From contig PMCS01000029.1 in assembly GCA_003154195.1 (NCBI GenBank), forward strand, positions 304,960-368,959: DNA of 64,000 nucleotides, written 5' to 3'. The notes beneath the pieces are model-generated. The model was given only the letters and a program-made list of their open reading frames with translations, ran no database searches and had not been told where the DNA came from. The stretch comes from Candidatus Omnitrophota bacterium. GTDB taxonomy: Bacteria > Omnitrophota > Gorgyraeia > Duberdicusellales > 4484-171. This document shows, piece by piece, positions 1-8,257 of the stretch (position 1 is the stretch's first letter; each line of letters opens with the position of its first letter). The translations under genes and the position numbers were made by a program.

Positions 1-196
1 ACGGGAATTTATTCATATCGAAAGATTGGCCAATCTGAGTGCGCTGCCGCCGTTCGGGTTTAAGGTCAATTGTTTTCCGGTTAAGATAAAAAATACGGGA
101 GGCGCGTGGGCGCGGGTTGTGGCGATTGTATAGGGTAGGGGCGGGTTTATAACCCACCCTCTATGAAATTGTGGAATTGTATAATCAAAATCGGCG

Positions 197-340
197 AAAA
201 AATTTCACCACAGAGGACACAGAGAGGAACAAAACAGGAAAAATAATTTCTCACCACGAAGACGCGAAGTTCACGAAGAAGAAATAAAGACAAAAGATTT
301 TTGTCCACAGATTACACAGATTTTCACAGATTGATAAAAG
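197..340. repeat. Low-complexity CACAGAG/CACGAAG-type repeats: two forward arm copies of the TIR motif found at 12.6, 18.8 and 19.6 kb, then three CACAGATT units
   Basis: The strings aatttcaccacagaggacacagagaggaaca and tctcaccacgaagacgcgaagttcacgaagaag resemble ttaccacgaaggcacaaagaacacgaag found at 12610 and 19600. cacagatt occurs three times at 307-340. Confidence 0.6.
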
Positions 341-420
341 GGTGATAGGTTGTGAAAGATAATAAATTGGAGAAAGATTTTAACAACGAATTACGCAAAT
401 TGCACAAATTAAAATAATTT

Positions 421-1182
421 ATGATTCTTGAAAAACAGTTCGAAGGTATACTCTGTAAGTATCCGGAGCTGATAGAAGACGGTTTAAAATTCAAAGGTCG
501 GCAGATTACCCTTTATGGTAAAAGAATGGATATTTTATTCGAAGACAAGTTCGGGCAGAAACTTATCGTCGAGCTTAAAGTTCGTACCGTTGTCCGTGAA
601 CATATCGGACAAGTTATGGAGTATGAAGGCGGTGTCTTAAGCGTAGAAGATCCCACTGCTAGGATTATGCTGGTCGGCAATAGAGTGCCGCCTAATTTAA
701 AAAAGGCATTGGACCATCATGGGATAGAGTGGAAAGAGATTACCTTTTCTTATTTAAAAGAATTTTTATCTGTTCGCAACGATAGAGAGCTCGGCATTTT
801 ATTCGATGATGGCTTAACGCCGTCTACTCTGGGCGATAGCAAGGATATGGATAAAGATTTCTCAGCCGGGTTAGAGGTTAATAAAACTCAAGATAATTCT
901 GCAAATGCTACAAGAACTAAACGGCAACAGCCATCGTATGGGTCGCCAGAATGGGTAGAAAGGCGGAAAAAAACCGGCTTTCGGGACGATTGGATTGCCC
1001 GGCTGGAAGCTTTGAAGAAGGACCCAAAAAATATTGAAGAACTCTACAGGTTTTGGGGGTATCGCCCGTGGCCGGGTGGGTTTGCCAAGAGGTTACGCAA
1101 TCGGGCAAAAGTATATCCCCAGTATGCAAAGGCAATCGAGGAAGCGATTGCTTTTGTAAAGTCAGCAAAGAAAGGTTTTTGA
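421..1182 (+). CDS. PD-(D/E)xK nuclease, DUF91/NucS-like N-terminal domain with an uncharacterised C-terminal extension
   Basis: The N-terminus carries a D..E.K nuclease signature (MDILFEDKFGQKLIVELK) typical of the NucS/DUF91 fold. The ORF is 253 aa and its ATG directly follows an A-rich leader. Confidence 0.5.
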   Translation: MILEKQFEGILCKYPELIEDGLKFKGRQITLYGKRMDILFEDKFGQKLIVELKVRTVVREHIGQVMEYEGGVLSVEDPTARIMLVGNRVPPNLKKALDHHGIEWKEITFSYLKEFLSVRNDRELGILFDDGLTPSTLGDSKDMDKDFSAGLEVNKTQDNSANATRTKRQQPSYGSPEWVERRKKTGFRDDWIARLEALKKDPKNIEELYRFWGYRPWPGGFAKRLRNRAKVYPQYAKAIEEAIAFVKSAKKGF

Positions 1183-1283
1183 TATTGCTTAATACTGGAA
1201 ATATGAACAATCTGCTGAAGGAAAAATTGTTCAGATACTGTCTGAACAATTAGTTTTAAGGTTACTTTAGGCAGGCATCAATT

Positions 1284-1829
1284 ATGAAAGATAATTCAAA
1301 ACAAATCGAGGTGGTTTCAAGCGGAGTTATCGCCGGAAAGATACGTCTAATCCGCGGGAAAAAAGTCATATTTGATAGTGATCTTGCCGCTTTGTATGGT
1401 GTTGAGACGAAACAGCTAAAACGTGCTGTTAAGCGAAATATTGAGCGGTTTCCCGAAGATTTTATGTTTGAACTTACCCGCGAAGAATCAGATAACTTGA
1501 GGTGCCAAATTGGCACCTCAAGTTGGGGCGGCAAGCGCTACCTGCCGTATGCTTTTACCGAACAGGGCGTTGCCATGCTTTCCAGCGTTTTAAACAGTAA
1601 AAGGGCTATCCAAGTCAATATTGCTATTATGCGTGTTTTTGTGGCGATTAAGGAAATGCTTTTAGCGCATAAAGAATCATTGCTCAAAATTAATAAACTT
1701 GAACAGAGAATAGAACGAAAATTCGATAAATACGACAAAGACATCGAACTTATTTTCAGCGCTATTCAGCAACTTCTTGTGGAAAAAGAAAAACCCAAGC
1801 GACAAATCGGCTTTCATGTTGGTAAATAA
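1284..1829 (+). CDS. ORF6N (KilA-N-like) domain protein
   Basis: Strong match to the ORF6N family signature: IRGKKV.FDSDLAALYGVETKQLKRAVKRNIERFPEDFMFELT...TSSWGGKRYLPYAFTEQGVAMLSSVL. Confidence 0.8.
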   Translation: MKDNSKQIEVVSSGVIAGKIRLIRGKKVIFDSDLAALYGVETKQLKRAVKRNIERFPEDFMFELTREESDNLRCQIGTSSWGGKRYLPYAFTEQGVAMLSSVLNSKRAIQVNIAIMRVFVAIKEMLLAHKESLLKINKLEQRIERKFDKYDKDIELIFSAIQQLLVEKEKPKRQIGFHVGK

Positions 1830-1851
1830 GAATTTTATTTAACTTTTTTTT

Positions 1852-1889
1852 AACTTTAGGCATTTTAGGCACTTTGAACTTTAGGCATT
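1852..1889. promoter_or_regulatory. Three tandem TTTAGGCAYTTT repeats directly upstream of the SRPBCC gene RBS
   Basis: The sequence is aactttaggcattttaggcactttgaactttaggcatt. It is followed by AAGGGGG and the ATG at 1907. Confidence 0.3.
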
Positions 1890-1906
1890 AAAAAGGGGGT
1901 AATTAA

Positions 1907-2335
1907 ATGGCTCATACGGTAAATCGCATCGTGATCAACGCTCCTTACGAAAAGGTTTTTGAGATGTCTAACGATATTACCCGCTGGAAGGAATTTTTTG
2001 ACGAGTATACGGCCAGCGAAGTAGTTTCCCAGGAAGGCAACAAAATTACTTTTAAGCTAAGCCATCAAAATGGGACAAGCTGGACCAGCTATCGCCTGCT
2101 TTTTAAAGACCAGAAATTTACTTATGCCGAGCGCCTTGAGCCGAAAATGCCTTTTGTGTATATGAAGATAATCTGGCTTTACCGGGAAGTCGCCGGCGGC
2201 ATCGAAATGAGCTGGATCCAGGATTTTACGATGGATTCAAAAGCGAAATTCAACGACGCGCAGGTAGAAGAGATAATGAATAAACATTCCGCGGAAAATA
2301 TGAAACGGTTTAAGGAAATCATCGAGAAGGCATAA
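1907..2335 (+). CDS. SRPBCC (Bet v1/START-like, polyketide cyclase/dehydrase family) protein
   Basis: A 142-aa protein with a Polyketide_cyc2-like profile (NRIVINAPYEKVFEMSNDITRWKEFF...). RBS AAGGGGG. Confidence 0.6.
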   Translation: MAHTVNRIVINAPYEKVFEMSNDITRWKEFFDEYTASEVVSQEGNKITFKLSHQNGTSWTSYRLLFKDQKFTYAERLEPKMPFVYMKIIWLYREVAGGIEMSWIQDFTMDSKAKFNDAQVEEIMNKHSAENMKRFKEIIEKA

Positions 2336-2380
2336 GCATTGTTTGTAAATCACATAGCTAAACTATAAAAAAGGAGCGAG

Positions 2381-2923
2381 ATGAAAAAAAGCTTGAAACG
2401 CAAGAATCCTTCAGTTCAGCCGGCGGCCGGACCGGATATCTCTGGCCTGGTGGTTAAAATGCAGGAGCAATTGGTTAATTTGGAGCGGAAGGTAGATATT
2501 TTAATCAGCCGTCTTCCGGGAAGACCCCCGGAAGTTAAGCTTCAGCCGGTTCAACCGGTTCAACAACTGCAACAGTCCCGGCAGCCTCAACCGCCGCTTC
2601 GCCAGAATGAGATTAAGCAAAATAACGGCTTCAGGGAGAGAACCTTGTATAAAACAATCTGCGCCGATTGCCACAAAGAATGCGAAGTTCCCTTTAAGCC
2701 CAGCGGTAATCGTCCGGTATATTGTAAAGAGTGTTTTTCCCGGCGCAAGCAAAGCGGCGGTTTATTTAAAGGAAATAATAACCCTCAGCCGGGGGAAATA
2801 AAACCTGTGTCTGTCGCGGTGCCTCCGGTTTCTTCGTCACCTGCGGCCACCAAACCGGAGATCACTAAAACCAGAAAGCCCGGCGCTAAGAAAAAAACTG
2901 TTTCCCCGAAACGGAAAAAATGA
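2381..2923 (+). CDS. Pro/Gln-rich protein with a CxxC-x17-CxxC zinc ribbon
   Basis: Motif CADCHKECEVPFKPSGNRPVYCKECF, a Lys-rich C-terminus, and RBS AAAGGAG. Confidence 0.5.
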   Translation: MKKSLKRKNPSVQPAAGPDISGLVVKMQEQLVNLERKVDILISRLPGRPPEVKLQPVQPVQQLQQSRQPQPPLRQNEIKQNNGFRERTLYKTICADCHKECEVPFKPSGNRPVYCKECFSRRKQSGGLFKGNNNPQPGEIKPVSVAVPPVSSSPAATKPEITKTRKPGAKKKTVSPKRKK

Positions 2924-2929
2924 TTTTAT

Positions 2930-5113
2930 GTGATTATCAGAATACTTTTTTGGTGTGCTTTGATGAAGAAACTTTTAAAATTATTAAAGATTGCCGCAAT
3001 GGCTTTACTGGTTATTTTTATTCTGGCGTCAGCCGGTATTGTCATTTTTATTAAAACTTTTAACGCCAATAAATATAAGCCCCAGATAATTAAAGCAATC
3101 AGCCAAGCTCTCGGCCGGCCGGCGGCTATTGATGATATAAGCCTGAAAGTTTCCTTAAGGGGCGGCCTGGTTTTACAGCTTAAGGGCTTTAGATTAAACG
3201 ATGACCCGGCTTTCAGTAAAGATAATTTTTTAGAAATACCCCGGTTAGATGCTGCGATGGATATCATCGGTATTATTTTTAAGCACCGGATTTCCCTCGC
3301 GGTCATTACGATTGATGCACCTAAGACAGTGATTATTCGCGACGCTTCCGGCAGGCTTAATCTCCAAACCTTTGGCATGCCAACCGCGTCAAAACCATCG
3401 GCTTCGGCATTACCGGCAATTTTTATCAACTCATTTAAAATAAATAATGCCGCCGTAATCTTCAAGGATAAGGCCTTTTCCCCCGGGCTCTCAATCCTGC
3501 TTGATCAGCTTAACTTCGAAATAAAAGATTTTTCTCTGGATAAGCCTTTTGATGTTTTGCTGCAGGCGGCGGCGTTCAGCCCCCGGCAAAATTTCAACGC
3601 TTCCGCAAAACTCGCCTTGGATTTAATCGCCAGGGCGGTTAAAGTCTGCGATGCCCGGGCGTCGGTTGATCTCGGCTCCTTTTCTTTAGAGCAATTATCC
3701 CGTTTACCGATGATAAAACCGGGACAACTTCCCGAATTTTTATCCGGTAAAGTAGAGATAGTGTTCGCGCCGATAACCGTTTCGAAAAAAGGTTTAAGCC
3801 GGCTTTCCGCTGACATAACTTTAACTGACGGCGTGGTGGCGGCTTCTCATTTAATACCAGGTTTAGCGCTTAATCTCGGGAAGATAAACGGTTCCTTAAA
3901 GAACTTTTCTCCGGATTTTAAAAAGCCTTTTGATGCCAGCGTGAAAATGCAGTATTTAAGCGACCACCCTAATGTCAGTTTTAACGGGCAGGTAACTTTT
4001 GATCCGGTAAAAACATCAGTCCGGATAAGCAATGCCGGGATAGGGCTGGACCTGACGAATTTTTCCTTAAGCGGGCTTAAGGCCGATGTGGCCGCGCTTA
4101 AAGACGTCCCTTTGCCGGTTCAGGTAGGAGGAACCATCGACGTCTCTATCGTTAACGCGGATATCTCCGCAAAAGGGCTGGAAAGCCTGGCGGCAAAAGC
4201 TAAATTTACCAACGGTTTGGTTAAGCTTGACCAGCTTAACCAAGTGCTTTCTGGGATAAGCGTGGATGCAAGTTTAAACGAAAAAGATCTAACCATTGAT
4301 AACCTTAGCGCCGGCCTGGGAAAAGGTAGCATCCGGGCTAAGGGTGTGGTGAAGGATTATTTATCCGGCCGGGCGTTTGAGTTGGAAGCGGAAATAAAGG
4401 ATATTGAACTTGGCGAAGTAATCGAACAGTCTAAGGCGCAAATAAAGGTGAGCGGTTTAGCGGCGGGCAATTTCAAGGCCGCCGGTCATGCCGATGATTT
4501 AAAATCAATAAAAGCCGACGGCGTTTTTACGGTCAAGCCGGTTACGCTTAAGAATTTTAATATTTTAAAAACAGTTTTAGAGAAGATTTCTTTTTTGCCC
4601 AATGCCAGCGAAGGGATTAAGAACGGGTTAAGCAATAAATACGCTAAGAAGCTGGAAAGCCCCGATACCGAGATAAATAGCGCGGTGTTTACTTATGCGT
4701 TTTCGCAAGGCACGGTTCATCTTGAACCGGTGTCGATTGATGCCGATGAGTTTATCTTCAGTGGTAAAGCCGACGCGGATTTGGCTCAAGCCTATACGGT
4801 CGAAGGGAATGTGACTATTCCCGCCGAGCTTTCCGCGGCAATGGCCAAGGGTGTGGATGAACTGAAATATCTTTATGACGATAAGAACAGCATTACTATC
4901 CCGGTTTATGTCAAAGGACAGGGGGCCCAGGCGCCTAAAGTGGAAGTAACCCGGACTGCCGCACAATTAACTAAAAGTGTGGCGGTCAATAAAGGGGCGG
5001 AAGCGCTCGGCAAGTTAATCAATAAGTATACGGGAGGCGACAATGCTTCCGGTGAAGAAAATAATAACGGCAGCGAGGTCATCAAAGGCATTCTTAATAA
5101 AATTCTGAAGTAA
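2930..5113 (+). CDS. asmA: AsmA-family outer-membrane biogenesis protein
   Basis: An N-terminal TM helix followed by an AsmA-like region (AIDDISLKVSLRGGLVLQLKGFRLNDDPAFSKDNFLEIPRLDAAMDII); 727 aa. An alternative ATG lies at 2963. Confidence 0.7.
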   Translation: MIIRILFWCALMKKLLKLLKIAAMALLVIFILASAGIVIFIKTFNANKYKPQIIKAISQALGRPAAIDDISLKVSLRGGLVLQLKGFRLNDDPAFSKDNFLEIPRLDAAMDIIGIIFKHRISLAVITIDAPKTVIIRDASGRLNLQTFGMPTASKPSASALPAIFINSFKINNAAVIFKDKAFSPGLSILLDQLNFEIKDFSLDKPFDVLLQAAAFSPRQNFNASAKLALDLIARAVKVCDARASVDLGSFSLEQLSRLPMIKPGQLPEFLSGKVEIVFAPITVSKKGLSRLSADITLTDGVVAASHLIPGLALNLGKINGSLKNFSPDFKKPFDASVKMQYLSDHPNVSFNGQVTFDPVKTSVRISNAGIGLDLTNFSLSGLKADVAALKDVPLPVQVGGTIDVSIVNADISAKGLESLAAKAKFTNGLVKLDQLNQVLSGISVDASLNEKDLTIDNLSAGLGKGSIRAKGVVKDYLSGRAFELEAEIKDIELGEVIEQSKAQIKVSGLAAGNFKAAGHADDLKSIKADGVFTVKPVTLKNFNILKTVLEKISFLPNASEGIKNGLSNKYAKKLESPDTEINSAVFTYAFSQGTVHLEPVSIDADEFIFSGKADADLAQAYTVEGNVTIPAELSAAMAKGVDELKYLYDDKNSITIPVYVKGQGAQAPKVEVTRTAAQLTKSVAVNKGAEALGKLINKYTGGDNASGEENNNGSEVIKGILNKILK

Positions 5114-5170
5114 GCGGCTTGCGATGAGGCTTGGAATTTTGGGACTATCTTCTTTAAAATACAAATAATT

Positions 5171-6499
5171 ATGGATAATTTATTTCAACAATCGGAAAAA
5201 ACTTATACGGTTTTAGAATTAAACACCGCGGTGAAAAACCTTATCCGCAACGAATTTCCCGATCACGTCTGGGTCTGCGGCGAAATTCAGGATCTGCGCG
5301 ACCGGGGCGTAATAAATTTAAACCTGGTGCAGAAACACCAGAAGTTTGACGAAATCACCGCGCAGGCCAAAGCGGTAATTTTTGAAAATATCAAACCGCT
5401 GATCATGCGCCGGCTTAAAGAAGCGGACGAAACATTCGAATTAAAAAAAGATATCGAAGTAAAACTGCTTTGCCGGGTTGACCTTTACGCCAAGACCGGC
5501 CAATTCAGTTTGACGGTAGTCGATATCGACCCATATTTCACTCTGGGTAAAATCGCTGCCTCCCGCCAGAAGATCATCGAAGAATTAAAAGTTAAGGGGC
5601 TGCTGGAAAAAAATAAAAGCCTTTTCTTCCCCGAAGTCCCGTTAAACATCGGATTGGTCACTTCTTATGATTCCGCGGCGTTTCACGATTTTGTTCATGA
5701 GCTGGAACAGTCGGGGTTTGGGTTTAAGGTATCGGTATGGGATTCTTATGTGCAGGGGAAGCAGACCGAAACCGACGTGACCGTAGCGCTTAATTATTTT
5801 GGCGGCCGCCCGGCCGGAGAAATCGACGTGGTAGTGATTTCCCGCGGCGGCGGCTCAACCGCGGATTTAAGCTGGTTTGACAATAAACAGATCGCCGAAG
5901 CGATCGCCTCTTGCCCGATACCGGTGATCACTGCCCTGGGGCACCAGATCAATGTCACGGTATGCGATATTGTTTCCCATACCAGCGTTAAGACGCCGAC
6001 TAAGGCGGCGCAGTTTTTGATCGATAAAGTAAGCGATTTTAAAACGGCGATTACGCAGTTAAGCGGCACGGTTATCGCCGCGAGCGAAGATATCCTCGCC
6101 GGTTCCCGGAGTAAGCTGGCCGGCGCGGCTTCGCGCATTGAATCGTTAAGCCAGAGGTTTTTCCGGTTTCATCAACAAAACCTCGCGGAGCAGCGGGTGG
6201 GAATTTTCCGCGCCGCCGAAGAAATGGTTAAAACTAGAAAAGAAAAGATAAAAGAACAAAGCTTCCTGTTGCGGGATTCGCTAAAAAAACTCTTTAAAAA
6301 TCTGGAAAATGAGGTAAAATATATTACCGATAAGGTAAGCCTGCTAAATCCCCGTAATGTTTTAAAGCGCGGCTATTCCTTAACCCTCAAGCGAGAGAAA
6401 ACCGTTAGATCGTTAAACGATTTAGAGCGGGGCGATATCATCAAAACTATTCTTTATGAGGGTTCGGTGATTTCCCAGGTTAAAGAGAAAAATGAATAA
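5171..6499 (+). CDS. xseA: Exodeoxyribonuclease VII large subunit
   Basis: N-terminal OB fold plus catalytic domain (TVLELNTAVKNLIRNEFPDHVWVCGEI). Overlaps xseB by 8 nt. Confidence 0.9.
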   Translation: MDNLFQQSEKTYTVLELNTAVKNLIRNEFPDHVWVCGEIQDLRDRGVINLNLVQKHQKFDEITAQAKAVIFENIKPLIMRRLKEADETFELKKDIEVKLLCRVDLYAKTGQFSLTVVDIDPYFTLGKIAASRQKIIEELKVKGLLEKNKSLFFPEVPLNIGLVTSYDSAAFHDFVHELEQSGFGFKVSVWDSYVQGKQTETDVTVALNYFGGRPAGEIDVVVISRGGGSTADLSWFDNKQIAEAIASCPIPVITALGHQINVTVCDIVSHTSVKTPTKAAQFLIDKVSDFKTAITQLSGTVIAASEDILAGSRSKLAGAASRIESLSQRFFRFHQQNLAEQRVGIFRAAEEMVKTRKEKIKEQSFLLRDSLKKLFKNLENEVKYITDKVSLLNPRNVLKRGYSLTLKREKTVRSLNDLERGDIIKTILYEGSVISQVKEKNE

Positions 6500-6713
6500 A
6501 AAGGCCGTTAAATACAGAGAAGCGGTTGATGAATTAAACAATATTTTAGAGGATTTACAATCGGAAGAGATCGATGTGGACGAAGTTTCCGAGAAGGTAA
6601 AGCGGGCGGTCGAGCTGATTAAGTTATGCCGCGCGAAAATCGAAGGCACGGAATTGGAAGTGAGAAAGATCGTCAAAGAGTTCGAAGAAGAATCGGAAAA
6701 GAATAACGGTTAG
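6492..6713 (+). CDS. xseB: Exodeoxyribonuclease VII small subunit
   Basis: A 73-aa helical protein (YREAVDELNNILEDLQSEEIDVDEVSEKVKRAVELIKLCRAKI) sitting directly after xseA. Confidence 0.85.
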   Translation: MNKKAVKYREAVDELNNILEDLQSEEIDVDEVSEKVKRAVELIKLCRAKIEGTELEVRKIVKEFEEESEKNNG

Positions 6714-6907
6714 GGCTAAGCTTAAGCTCTCCTTCGCTCTTCGAGCTTCGGAGAAGTCTCGCCGGAGCAATAGCTGAGGCGGAAAGCCGGTATGGGTTAA
6801 GGCAACGGTCATGGCTTTAAAAATATTTTTAAAACCCTTACCTTTACTCTAACCAAAACCGGCATCTTTACCATTACCATAGCCCAGTTTTTAGGAGGTA
6901 ATTTCTG

Positions 6908-7864
6908 ATGTCACTAAACATACGTTTAACTTTATTATTGGCAGTGTTATTCGGCATCCTTTATATGATTGCTACGCTGATTATGCACGCCGCCGGTATT
7001 TCCAGCATGGCGGCTTATGCGGTGATGGCGTCGGTGATGCTCTTTATCCAGTACATGATTGGCCCCTGGCTGATCGGTCTTACCATGGGGGTTAAATACG
7101 TTAAGCGCCAAGATTACCCGTGGTTGTTCGAGATGGTGGAAGATCTGGCGCGTAAAGCGAAAATCCCTACGCCTAAAATCGGTATTTCGTCAATGCCGGT
7201 GCCTAACGCGTTCGCATTCGGCCGGGGCGCGCGCGACGGCCGGGTATGCGTTACTGCCGGGATTATAAATTTGGTCAACAAAGAAGAGCTGCGTGCGGTT
7301 TTGGGCCACGAAATGAGCCATCTTAAAAACCGCGACGTGCTTTTTATAACTCTTTTATCGGTAATTCCGATGATTCTCTGGTACATTGCCCGCCAGTTTA
7401 TGTTCTATGGTGGCGGCCGGCGCAACCGCGATTCCGGCAACTACACCGTTTTAATCGGAGCCGCCGCGCTTATTTTTTACTTTATTACCAACCTCTTAGT
7501 TCTATATGCGTCGCGTATCAGAGAGTATTTCGCCGATAAAGGGTCGGTCGAGCTGGGGAATCAGCCGGCGGCGCTGGCCTCGGCATTGTATAAATTAGTA
7601 GCCGGCTCCGCGAGTTTATCCGGCGCCGAGGTAAAAGCGGCGGCCGGCGCCAGGGCGTTTTTTCTCAACGATCCGACTAGGGCCCGCCGGGAAATTCGCA
7701 CCCTTGCCCAGCTTGACCCGGGCCATAGCGGGGTAATCACTATGGAGGCGCTGCGCAGTTTACGTTCCAAAGAAATTAAATTAGGGTTTGGCGATATGTT
7801 GTGGGAAGGTTTCGGCACCCATCCCAATATGCTTAAGCGGATAAAACATCTCTCCCAGCTTTAA
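6908..7864 (+). CDS. htpX: M48 family zinc metalloprotease HtpX-like
   Basis: HEMSH (HExxH) motif, multiple TM segments, RBS AGGAGG. Confidence 0.8.
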   Translation: MSLNIRLTLLLAVLFGILYMIATLIMHAAGISSMAAYAVMASVMLFIQYMIGPWLIGLTMGVKYVKRQDYPWLFEMVEDLARKAKIPTPKIGISSMPVPNAFAFGRGARDGRVCVTAGIINLVNKEELRAVLGHEMSHLKNRDVLFITLLSVIPMILWYIARQFMFYGGGRRNRDSGNYTVLIGAAALIFYFITNLLVLYASRIREYFADKGSVELGNQPAALASALYKLVAGSASLSGAEVKAAAGARAFFLNDPTRARREIRTLAQLDPGHSGVITMEALRSLRSKEIKLGFGDMLWEGFGTHPNMLKRIKHLSQL

Positions 7865-7956
7865 TTTTTCCGGCTGAATCAGGCGCAATATATATGGTTT
7901 TAATCTCACGCTTATACATTATATAGTAGAGATTATAATTTATAAACGTAAGGGAG

Positions 7957-7985
7957 TTGACAGGGGCGGAATAAAAAGGTATTAT
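7957..7985 (+). promoter_or_regulatory. Sigma70-type promoter TTGACA-17-TATTAT immediately upstream of rpsO
   Basis: TTGACA at 7957-7962 and TATTAT at 7980-7985 with exact 17-nt spacing. The rpsO ATG at 7993 lies about 7 nt after the -10, which would make the mRNA leaderless or near-leaderless. Confidence 0.5.
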
Positions 7986-7992
7986 ACTTAGT

Positions 7993-8256
7993 ATGCTTAC
8001 GAAGAAGGCAAAGAAGAATTTAATCGAACAGTTTAAGGAACACGTGGAAGATACGGGCTCGAGCCCCGTACAGGTGGCATTACTTACCGAAAGGATAAAG
8101 TATTTAAGTGAGCACCTCAAGAAACACAAAAAAGACTTCCACTCCCGGCGCGGCCTCTTGATGCTTGTAGGAAGGCGCCGCCGCCTCCTTAACTATCTTA
8201 AGAAAAAAGACCCGCAAGGTTACGGTGCGGTTTCCAAAAAACTCGAGTTGAAATAA
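7993..8256 (+). CDS. rpsO: 30S ribosomal protein S15
   Basis: Typical S15 sequence (LTERIKYLSEHLKKHKKDFHSRRGLLMLVGRRRRLLNYLKK). Confidence 0.95.
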   Translation: MLTKKAKKNLIEQFKEHVEDTGSSPVQVALLTERIKYLSEHLKKHKKDFHSRRGLLMLVGRRRRLLNYLKKKDPQGYGAVSKKLELK

Positions 8257-8257
8257 A

